NCBI GenBank assembly: GCA_964416605.1
Contig: CAYQEW010000001.1
Coordinates: 1 to 43,299, forward strand
Length of the DNA stretch: 43,299 bases
DNA from: an uncultured Bacteriovoracaceae bacterium
Lineage (GTDB): Bacteria > Bdellovibrionota > Bacteriovoracia > Bacteriovoracales > Bacteriovoracaceae
Reading direction: 5' to 3'
Shown here: piece by piece, positions 17,594 through 25,591 of the stretch
Layout of the letters: each line of letters opens with the position of its first letter
How positions within the stretch are numbered: the first letter of the stretch is position 1
Made by a program: the position numbers and the translations under genes
Notes under the pieces: model-generated
Seen by the model: only the letters and a program-made list of their open reading frames with translations
What the model was told of the DNA's origin: nothing
The model's database searches: none

Positions 17594-18460
17594 ATGATGA
17601 AAAAAGTATTATCTATTCACCAAAATAATCAAGCTCACTGGGTAGGAGACGGTTTTTTCGTTAAAACCTTGCTCAGTTATTCCCAAATGGCTGAAGCTAT
17701 TTCTCCTTTTCTACTTCTCGATTACGCAAGCCCCACTCACTTCTCTCCCTCATCCACTCGTCGAGGCGTTGGTTCTCATCCTCATCGCGGATTTGAAACT
17801 GTCACGATTGTTTATCAGGGTGAAGTAGAACATAGAGACTCTACTGGAGCAGGGGGAACTATCGAACAAGGCGATGTGCAATGGATGACCGCTGCCTCGG
17901 GCCTTGTGCATCAAGAATGGCATGGAAAAAACTTTGCACAAACAGGGGGGACTTTTGAAGTAGTTCAACTATGGGTGAATTTACCGCAAAAAGATAAAAT
18001 GACTAAACCTCGTTATCAAAGCATCCAAAAAAAGAATATTCCACTTATTACTTTAGAAAACGAAGCAGGATCTTTAGCGCTTATTGCAGGTGAGTATGCT
18101 AATCAAAAAGGTATCGCTCAAACTTTTAGCCCCATCAATCTCTGGGATATCAGAGTCAAGGCAAACGCAAGTGTCGAACTCAATGTGCCCTCTGAACAAA
18201 CCGCACTCTTGCTCCTTCTCAAAGGTAAAATAGAACTTTCTGGGTCTCACGAAGTCAAAGAAACAGAAATAGCTATTCTTGATCTCATAGGAAACAAAAT
18301 TATTTTTACAGCACAAGAAGACTCAATACTTCTTTTTTTAGGTGGCGAACCTATTCAAGAACCTATTGCTGGCTACGGCCCCTTTGTGATGAATACTCAA
18401 GAAGAAATTGTTCAGGCCATCAAAGATTACCAAGAAGGCAAAATGGGTTTGATCCCATGA
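17594..18460 (+). CDS. pirin-family bicupin protein
   Basis: GVGSHPHRGFETVTIVYQGEVEHRDSTG is the pirin metal-binding signature. 288 aa. Confidence 0.9.
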   Translation: MMKKVLSIHQNNQAHWVGDGFFVKTLLSYSQMAEAISPFLLLDYASPTHFSPSSTRRGVGSHPHRGFETVTIVYQGEVEHRDSTGAGGTIEQGDVQWMTAASGLVHQEWHGKNFAQTGGTFEVVQLWVNLPQKDKMTKPRYQSIQKKNIPLITLENEAGSLALIAGEYANQKGIAQTFSPINLWDIRVKANASVELNVPSEQTALLLLLKGKIELSGSHEVKETEIAILDLIGNKIIFTAQEDSILLFLGGEPIQEPIAGYGPFVMNTQEEIVQAIKDYQEGKMGLIP

Positions 18461-18496
18461 ATTTTTTACAACCCTGCTTTTTATAATTTTTAAGAA

Positions 18497-19327
18497 ATGA
18501 TATCATTCTCTATGTTTCAAAAAATTTTCTTTTTATTGATCTGTTTAGTGAGCATGTTTGCTTATTCTCAAAATTATATTGAAGATCGCTATGAGGAATT
18601 ACTGGAGCAAAACGATTGTAGAGATTGGCTAGAACAAGAAAATTTTCCCTGCGCCTTAAGACTCAAAAATACTAATGGCGAATGGAAAAAACCTAGCTCC
18701 GTTGCCATCAATTTTGTCAAAAATCACAAAACGTCTATTATTGAATACGCCAAAATTTATGGAGTAGCTCCTGAAGCGATTGCCGCTGTTTTTATCGCTG
18801 AAGGCACTGTCAATATAAACCTTGATGATAAAATTCAAAACCTAGTCTCTCAACTAGTTGGCGAAAAACTGGTTATGAAATTAGGCAAGATGATCGGATT
18901 GAATATTAGTTTGGGGCCCGCTCAAATTAATGAACAGGGGCTTATTCAGGCTCTGGAAGTGATCCGCTCGGTTGAGAAAAAAAATATTAGTCTCGAAAAA
19001 CTAAAAGAAGAAATTATGTGGGGTAATGATGAACCTTACGGGCTTATCTGTCCGACTCTCATTGTCATTGGGGCGATGATAAATAATAATACAACGGGCT
19101 CTATTCGCATTGTTGCTGCTCTCCTCCATAAAGCTCAACAGGATTATCAAAAAAAAGGTGTCGATATATCAAAAAATCTAGGTGCCTTAGTTACTCTCTA
19201 TAATTTAGGTAAAACTCAAGAAAAAGCACAAGCAATTAATGATCCTCTTAAATATATACCTAAGGTTAATTTCTTAGGGCTTTTTGCCCAAAAATATCAA
19301 TCAATCATTTTGCAATCTCTGAAATAG
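18497..19327 (+). CDS. secreted hypothetical protein (possible lysozyme-like fold)
   Basis: Signal peptide ending in FAYSQ. IAEGT and LGPAQIN weakly recall the E...G-L-M-Q blocks of lytic transglycosylases. This is a weak assignment. Confidence 0.4.
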   Translation: MISFSMFQKIFFLLICLVSMFAYSQNYIEDRYEELLEQNDCRDWLEQENFPCALRLKNTNGEWKKPSSVAINFVKNHKTSIIEYAKIYGVAPEAIAAVFIAEGTVNINLDDKIQNLVSQLVGEKLVMKLGKMIGLNISLGPAQINEQGLIQALEVIRSVEKKNISLEKLKEEIMWGNDEPYGLICPTLIVIGAMINNNTTGSIRIVAALLHKAQQDYQKKGVDISKNLGALVTLYNLGKTQEKAQAINDPLKYIPKVNFLGLFAQKYQSIILQSLK

Positions 19328-19441
19328 AATCTCTCCAAAGTGACTCTTATTTGAGGCGTTTTATTTTATATCGTCCTAAAATATCCTTTAATTAAGTTAA
19401 AATTATTTTTTCTCCGATAATGAACCTTGAAAGAGGTGCGT

Positions 19442-21028
19442 ATGTTTAAAATCATTCCTTTATTATTTCTCTTTATCTTTGCCAGTTGCGGAGATAATGC
19501 CAATGTGGGCATTAATCCCAATCAACCAACTCTTAAACCTTCTTCTTTAGCTTTGCCTTCTAGCGCTGATGCTCTAGATGATGCTCTCTCTGTCGAACAA
19601 GGAAGCTCTTCTGCGATCAACGTTCTTATTAATGATGTTATCAAAGACATTGATAACGAAAGCTTAGTCATCACCAAAGAAATAAATGCGGACTGTTCGA
19701 TTGTGAATGGAGAGGTATCGATTAACACAGCGACAAGTACTGTCGGTGCAGCTAGTTGTGAGTATCAAATTTGTAATAAAGACAAAGTATGTGATCAGGC
19801 GAATATAAATATTAATATTTATTCACCTGCCTCTCCTGATCTATTGCTAACCAAAAAAGTAGATAAGTCTTCAGCAATTGTTGGGGATAATGTTGTCTTC
19901 ACCCTCACCGTCAAAAACAACGGTCCAACTAATGCAACGGGTGTCAGTGTTACAGATATTCTTCCTAACACGCTCCAATTTATTTCTAGTAGTTCCAGCG
20001 CTTATAATCAGACAACAGGAGTTTGGACAATTGGTTCTCTGAGTAGTGGCGCTTCTGTCTCGTTAACAATCACTACTCAGATTCTCGCCTCAGCATCTGG
20101 ATCACTTATTACCAATACTGCGACCAATCTTCACTGTGATCAAGGAGACGCCAATAGTTCTGCGGACACACCAAGTGCCACAGTAAGCGTTGGGAGCCTT
20201 TCTCCTGACCTTCAAGTTACAAAAGAATTAGGAACAGCAGAACTTATTTTTCCCACTGGTTCTGAGGATCCTGACTATACTTATGCGACAGCCGGAACAA
20301 ACATAAGTTACAAAATAACAATTAAAAACAATGGGCCCGTCAATGCAACACTTGTTTCTTTAACAGACAAATTACCTAGCACTCTTGAGTTTATTTCTAG
20401 CAACTCTTCCAAAGGATCTTATTCAGCAGTATCTGGTATATGGAATATTGGTTCTCTAGGTAATGGAGAATCTGCCACTCTCACACTCACAGCAAAAATC
20501 ATTGTTTCCGCCTCTATTAACGGGGCTACTATTATCAATACGGTCACCAATGTCACTTCTCAAAATGGTGATAGTAATTTATCTGCCGATGATTTAATTG
20601 AAAGTGTGAGAATTGAGACATTGGCTCCTGCTTTGATTTTAAATAAAACGGTGAGCAATCCAAATCCTCAATTAGTCTATTCTCCTGCAGTACCGACACC
20701 GTTCTTCTATACCATTACAGTTAGAAACCTAAGTCAGGTAGAAACAACTGGTGTCAAAGTTACAGATCTTTTGCCAAGTGGCATCGTCTATCAATCAAGT
20801 TCGGCTTCTCATGGAAGCTATAATAACACTACTGGCCTATGGTCTATTGGCACACTTAACTCAAATGAAACAGCTTCTCTGCAAATTAATGTCACCCTCA
20901 ACTCAAGCCCTGTTTTTTGGGCAAGTCATATTTTTAGAATAACTAATTGGGTGACCAATCCAACGTCAGAGCAAGGAAATAATAATTTGTACCAAACTGC
21001 TTCTGCAACGATCAATGTGGTGCCTTAA
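19442..21028 (+). CDS. surface lipoprotein: cadherin/Ig-like N-terminal domain + three DUF11 (conserved repeat domain) units
   Basis: SD AAGAGG precedes the ATG at 19442. Lipobox FASC. N-terminal domain is DDALSVEQGSSSAINVLINDV...CEYQICNKDKVCDQANININI. Three repeats of about 125-135 aa carry (V/I)KNNGP.NATGV.VTD.LP..L.F(I/V)SS...G.Y...TG.W.IG.L..G. Confidence 0.75.
   Translation: MFKIIPLLFLFIFASCGDNANVGINPNQPTLKPSSLALPSSADALDDALSVEQGSSSAINVLINDVIKDIDNESLVITKEINADCSIVNGEVSINTATSTVGAASCEYQICNKDKVCDQANININIYSPASPDLLLTKKVDKSSAIVGDNVVFTLTVKNNGPTNATGVSVTDILPNTLQFISSSSSAYNQTTGVWTIGSLSSGASVSLTITTQILASASGSLITNTATNLHCDQGDANSSADTPSATVSVGSLSPDLQVTKELGTAELIFPTGSEDPDYTYATAGTNISYKITIKNNGPVNATLVSLTDKLPSTLEFISSNSSKGSYSAVSGIWNIGSLGNGESATLTLTAKIIVSASINGATIINTVTNVTSQNGDSNLSADDLIESVRIETLAPALILNKTVSNPNPQLVYSPAVPTPFFYTITVRNLSQVETTGVKVTDLLPSGIVYQSSSASHGSYNNTTGLWSIGTLNSNETASLQINVTLNSSPVFWASHIFRITNWVTNPTSEQGNNNLYQTASATINVVP
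19835..21025 (+). repeat. three tandem intragenic DUF11 coding repeats
   Basis: Units begin PDLLLTK, PDLQVTK and PALILNK. Each contains the NNGP/TD.LP/G.W.IG.L blocks. Confidence 0.7.
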
Positions 21029-21121
21029 ATAAAAGGCGCCATGTTCCCATAAGAAACTCTTTTTCTCTTTATTTAATTTTTTTTTACTTTTCGCCGATAA
21101 TTAAACTTGAAAGAGGTGCGT

Positions 21122-24100
21122 ATGCTAAAGTTTTTATCTGTCCTATTTATGCTGATTCTGACGAGTTGTGGAGACAATGCCAATGTGAGCATTAATCCCA
21201 ACCAATCCAACTTAAAACCATCTTCTCCGCTTGTCACTCCTGCCAAAGTAAGTGCGGCTGATGATACCACTTCTGTTGAGCAAGGTTCTTCCTCTCAGAT
21301 TGATGTCCTAAACAACGATACAATTGATGACAGCAGTCCAACTGTCACAATTATAAATCAAAACAATGTCAGTTGTTCTATTGTCAGCAATCAAGTTGTA
21401 GTGAGTACCGCCTCTAGTTCAGTCGGCGCTGGTTTATGTGTTTATCAAGTATGTGATTCTCATAACAACTGTGATCAAGCTAATATTCATATCAATATTT
21501 TCACTCCAGCTTCTCCGGACTTACAAGTCTCTAAGTCTGCAAACAGTGCTTCTGCCACAGTTGGATCAAATGTTGTATTCACTCTTGCAATCAAAAATAA
21601 TGGGCCCGTAAATGCTACTAGTGTGGCTCTTACGGACCTTCTTCCTTCTTCTTTGCAGTATGTTTCGAGTGCTGCCTCTATTGGATCATATAATTCGACA
21701 AATGGTTTATGGTCTGTGGGAAGTCTGGCAAATGGTGCAACTGCTACTCTATCTATTACGGCTAAAGTTCTTGCTGCAGCTTCTGGCACAAGTGTGACAA
21801 ATGCCATCACAAATGTAACTTCGGCAAATGGTGATTCCAATGGCTCTACGGATGATAATACTGCTACGATCAGTGTACCTGTCGCAGCTCCTGATCTTGT
21901 TGTCACTAAATCAGTTACTCAAACCGTTGTGAGGGCAGGTGAAAGTTTTGCACGAGTGGGAGATACCCTTATTTACACTCTTACAATTCACAATAATGGA
22001 CCGACCGATGCCACGGGCGTTGCTCTAACGGATATACTCCCTAATGGCATTCAATATATTTCAAGTGTTGCGTCTCTTGGAAGCTACAACTCCTCTTCCG
22101 GTTTATGGAGTGTTGGATCTTTAGCTAATAGCGCTACTGCTCAATTGACAATCACCACTAAGATTTTACCTTCTGCGCTTGTTATGAATGACATACAATA
22201 TTATAAAAATATTGTTCAAAATTTTGTTTCTTCACTTTTCATGTCCACTGCATATGGCGCAGCTCACATTGTCACCAACACAATTACCAACGTAACTTCT
22301 AATCAAGGTGACTCAAATACTTCTGTGGATGACAATACCGCTTCAATTGCTGTAGCAGTAGCCATCAATGATATTCAAGTTTCTAAAGCAGTGAATCTTT
22401 CCTCTGCAATAGTTGGAAGCAATGTCATTTTTACTCTTACTGCAAAAAATAATGGGCCTACTGACAGTGGGGATGTCTCACTTACAGATATCCTTCCTTC
22501 AACATTGCAATTTATTTCAAGCACACCTTCTCAAGGAACTTATGACAGTACTTCAGGAGTTTGGCTAGTTGGTACACTTATCAATGGTGCTTCAGCAACG
22601 CTTTCAATTACCGCGAAGATTCTTCCTGCCGCTTCTGGAACAAGTGTGACAAATACCATCACCGCGGTTAGTTCAAGCAATGGAGACAGCAATGCTTCCG
22701 CGGATGATAATACTGCAATTATTAATGTACCAATTGCCGTAACTGTTAATGCGGTTGATGATTCCTACAATGCGGGCCACAATATTCTTTCAAGTCTCAA
22801 TGTTTTATCTAACGATACATTTAATGTATCGAGTGGCACAGTCTCTATTGTGTCAGGATCAAATGGAACTTGTACTTGGAATTCAACAACTCATTTAATT
22901 AATTTTTTACCAACTCTAGGATTTTCAGGAAGCGCTAATTGTATTTATCAAATCTGCCAAGGATCAACCTGTGACACTGCAACGGCAACTATCAATGTCG
23001 CAGCTTTTCAAACACACGTTGGGCCGAACCAACCCATCGGTTGTACCAATGTTTCTCAGTACTATCCAGCTAGCGCTCTTCCAACAACCTATAACGCTAT
23101 TGGATTAGGAACCGTTGCAAGTCCTTATATTATATATACTCCAGCACAACTTGCTCATCTAGCCAGTATTTCAACGAATATGAATTCTACTCGAAAAGAT
23201 TTTAGCATTAGAAGTAATATTGATTTTGCTCCTTTTTATACAGCAGGAGGAAGTGAATTTTCTATTCCCAATAACCCTAATATACAATTAGATCAGCTTG
23301 TTGTTTGGGGAAATAACTGTCTCCTACAAAATTTTAAAGAGACCTCGAATGGAACAAGAAGTTATGGTGGGCTTTTTGGAAAGATATCAGGAGAGGCTAA
23401 ATTTTATAATGTGCGTATGAGAAACACTACGCTAGAAAATCATAAAGGAAATGTGGGATCTCTTGTAGGATCCGTTGCTCAATCAGTCATCTCTGATAGT
23501 TCTTCAAGTAATCTCGTTATTAAAGCGAATTTAAATTTTCCTTATGCTCCTTTTGGCACAACGATCATTGGTGGTATCCTAGGCTACAGTGATCGTGGTT
23601 CTCAAATTTGGAATACTTTTGCCTGTGGAGAAATATCATCTCTTAGTGCGAAAATGGGGGGAATTGCTGGATCCTTTGGAGACACTGGAGCTGGCGAGAT
23701 CTTTGATACTTATTTTAAAGGAAAGCTAGATAATATTAAAAACCTTAAGATGGCGGGGATTTTAGCAGAAGCTTCTGACACTATTATTTATACCTCACCA
23801 GTTATAAAAAACAGTTATTCTGTGGGGAAAATTATTTCAACAGGTGTTGGCGCTGCTCCTGGATCAGGGAGCACAACAAACTATGCAGCGGGTATTAGTA
23901 CAGCAGGAAATGAAAAAAGTGATGGACAACTTACCTCTAAATCTGTCTTTACGACAATGTATGTTGATACAGCTCTTTCTGATGCCGCGAGTTACAGTGC
24001 CCCCATTAATACTAATGATGGGGTAAGTGGAGGTTATTTTCAAAGCAGTATTTGCTCTACACCAATAAAAAACTGTCGAACAAATAGTTTAGATGCACCA

Positions 24101-24235
24101 GTGACATCTCCTCTTAGTTATTTTTACAATATGGCAAATGCTCCAATGAATACATGGGGTTCTCAATGGACAGCCACAACAACTTTTCCAACTCTGGCTC
24201 CTGGTGATCCATGTGACAGTTACGTTGTGCCATAA
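21122..24235 (+). CDS. large surface lipoprotein: cadherin/Ig-like domain + three DUF11 units + second cadherin/Ig-like domain + C-terminal GLUG-like beta-helical domain
   Basis: The leader, SD and signal peptide are paralogous to the preceding gene. Lipobox LTSC. The second Ig-like domain is VNAVDDSYNAGHNILSSLNVLSNDT...CIYQICQGSTCDTATATINV. The C-terminal roughly 400 aa carry repeated G-G-(L/I)-(F/V/A/L)-G motifs (YGGLFGKI, VGSLVGSV, IGGILGYS, MGGIAGSF, MAGILAEA). Confidence 0.75.
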   Translation: MLKFLSVLFMLILTSCGDNANVSINPNQSNLKPSSPLVTPAKVSAADDTTSVEQGSSSQIDVLNNDTIDDSSPTVTIINQNNVSCSIVSNQVVVSTASSSVGAGLCVYQVCDSHNNCDQANIHINIFTPASPDLQVSKSANSASATVGSNVVFTLAIKNNGPVNATSVALTDLLPSSLQYVSSAASIGSYNSTNGLWSVGSLANGATATLSITAKVLAAASGTSVTNAITNVTSANGDSNGSTDDNTATISVPVAAPDLVVTKSVTQTVVRAGESFARVGDTLIYTLTIHNNGPTDATGVALTDILPNGIQYISSVASLGSYNSSSGLWSVGSLANSATAQLTITTKILPSALVMNDIQYYKNIVQNFVSSLFMSTAYGAAHIVTNTITNVTSNQGDSNTSVDDNTASIAVAVAINDIQVSKAVNLSSAIVGSNVIFTLTAKNNGPTDSGDVSLTDILPSTLQFISSTPSQGTYDSTSGVWLVGTLINGASATLSITAKILPAASGTSVTNTITAVSSSNGDSNASADDNTAIINVPIAVTVNAVDDSYNAGHNILSSLNVLSNDTFNVSSGTVSIVSGSNGTCTWNSTTHLINFLPTLGFSGSANCIYQICQGSTCDTATATINVAAFQTHVGPNQPIGCTNVSQYYPASALPTTYNAIGLGTVASPYIIYTPAQLAHLASISTNMNSTRKDFSIRSNIDFAPFYTAGGSEFSIPNNPNIQLDQLVVWGNNCLLQNFKETSNGTRSYGGLFGKISGEAKFYNVRMRNTTLENHKGNVGSLVGSVAQSVISDSSSSNLVIKANLNFPYAPFGTTIIGGILGYSDRGSQIWNTFACGEISSLSAKMGGIAGSFGDTGAGEIFDTYFKGKLDNIKNLKMAGILAEASDTIIYTSPVIKNSYSVGKIISTGVGAAPGSGSTTNYAAGISTAGNEKSDGQLTSKSVFTTMYVDTALSDAASYSAPINTNDGVSGGYFQSSICSTPIKNCRTNSLDAPVTSPLSYFYNMANAPMNTWGSQWTATTTFPTLAPGDPCDSYVVP
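21515..22741 (+). repeat. three tandem intragenic DUF11 coding repeats (the middle unit carries an insertion of about 30 aa)
   Basis: Units begin PDLQVSK (21515), PDLVVTK (21890) and NDIQVSK (22367). Confidence 0.7.
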
Positions 24236-24240
24236 ACAAT

Positions 24241-25548
24241 TTAAAAAGGAAGAGGATAATGATTATCCTCTTCTCCACTGACGAAAGCGCGCTGATAAGG
24301 ATCAATCAAAAAAAGAAGTTCGCGATAATTTTTCTTTTGATCAATGAATTCTTGAATAAGTGAAAAAATAGAATCGCCCGCAGAGGCAAAATAGGAAGGC
24401 ATTGCATTGGTTATAATATCTAAATGCTTGCTCCAATGAAAGTTAGGATTCACTGCCTGATGGCGTTTCTCTAAAGTTCCGTCGGTATAAGAGAAACTAT
24501 CGCAGGCATCAAGATAAAAAATTTGATATTTATCTTTTATAAAATTTCCCACTCGTTCTAAAAAATAAATATTACTCCCTAGGCCCGCATGGCCACTATA
24601 AATAATAACATCTGCTGCCCCAATATTTTTATTGTAAAAAAAAAGTGATTTAACTGAATCAATATTTAACTCTCCTGCCAAAAGTATTTTTATCTCAATT
24701 TTTTTTCCATCCTTTTGCTCAAAAAAAAGCTCAACGGTCGGATGGTCTAACCCTGGTAACTCTCCTTCTTGAAGAGAATTCGAGACGATTTTGCCTAAAG
24801 AATTTTTCCATTTTTGATAGAGATTTCTCACATTCAAAATACCTATATCTTTTTGAGGATTGGGGGATTTTTTATCCGCAACACTTTGGATGTATAAAAT
24901 TGAGAGTTTATTGTCTTTCCATATTTCTTGATACTCTGGAAATTTCCCTTCCGTATTGAAAGAACTTTTTTTAAACCCAATAGGAAAACTAATCGCTAAG
25001 TCTTCATCACTGTTTTGATGGTTTCTTAAAAGACAATTTTTATTTAAGGGACGATAATGATACCAAAAATTTAATTGAAGCATTTGATATTGACCGCTTT
25101 CAAAACATTGATAACCATCCACTTTTTTTTTGTTCTGAGCATACTGAGAGTACCAAGGTCCCTGCAAAAATTTTTGGTCTCCCCGTTTCGGTAAAATAAG
25201 ATCTAAGCTGTCAGGGATTTTGCGCTCAATGGGCCAGACAATTTTCAGTTGTGCTTCATAAACATAGTGATGGTTTACCTGCAAATCTGTCGCTCGTGTT
25301 ATTTGTATCTTAAGATGACGGAGTTTGACTCCTGCACTCAGTCCATTGAAAAAACCTAGGGAATAATAAAGTTGATTAACAATTTCCTGCTTAACGGTGG
25401 GAATATCCGATGAACTGGACTCGATTATTCCTCGACTAATAGTTCCCTCAAGAAGCACGGTGTTCGCCGAATCATGAAAAAAAGAAGACTGAGCACTCAT
25501 ATTCTGAGTGAAAAAAATAAGCCATAACATCCATATTAAAATCTTCAT
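24241..25548 (-). CDS. secreted hypothetical protein with a caspase-fold-like His/Cys dyad in the C-terminal domain
   Basis: Signal peptide MKILIWMLWLIFFTQNMSA from the ATG at 25548. The 25593 start would overlap the asnB start. ADVIIYSGHAGLG is followed about 34 residues later by YQIFYLDACDSFSY. This gives beta-strand-(S)GH(A)G and beta-strand-(D)AC, as in clan CD peptidases. Confidence 0.5.
   Translation of the reverse strand: MKILIWMLWLIFFTQNMSAQSSFFHDSANTVLLEGTISRGIIESSSSDIPTVKQEIVNQLYYSLGFFNGLSAGVKLRHLKIQITRATDLQVNHHYVYEAQLKIVWPIERKIPDSLDLILPKRGDQKFLQGPWYSQYAQNKKKVDGYQCFESGQYQMLQLNFWYHYRPLNKNCLLRNHQNSDEDLAISFPIGFKKSSFNTEGKFPEYQEIWKDNKLSILYIQSVADKKSPNPQKDIGILNVRNLYQKWKNSLGKIVSNSLQEGELPGLDHPTVELFFEQKDGKKIEIKILLAGELNIDSVKSLFFYNKNIGAADVIIYSGHAGLGSNIYFLERVGNFIKDKYQIFYLDACDSFSYTDGTLEKRHQAVNPNFHWSKHLDIITNAMPSYFASAGDSIFSLIQEFIDQKKNYRELLFLIDPYQRAFVSGEEDNHYPLPF
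24249..24273 (-). terminator. candidate intrinsic terminator overlapping the 3' end of the 24241..25548 gene
   Basis: Perfect 12-nt arms gaagaggataat/attatcctcttc. On the minus strand they are followed by CTTTTTAA. The plus-strand context is not T-rich. Confidence 0.35.
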
Positions 25549-25591
25549 ATTCTCTCTTTTATAGCCGAAGAGAGATAAAAAAGGAAACGAC

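Noticed and set aside
16812-19327. An integrated prophage or genomic island at tRNA-Leu
   Set aside because: No integrase, recombinase or phage structural genes are present. I could not find a direct repeat of the tRNA 3' end downstream. Only the ORF6N gene is mobile-element-like, and pirin and the following genes look chromosomal.
19835-22741. Periodic repeats that might be a CRISPR or other non-coding array
   Set aside because: The repeats are about 375-475 nt long and diverged. They lie in frame inside long ORFs, where they encode DUF11 domains. There is no short repeat-spacer periodicity anywhere in the window.
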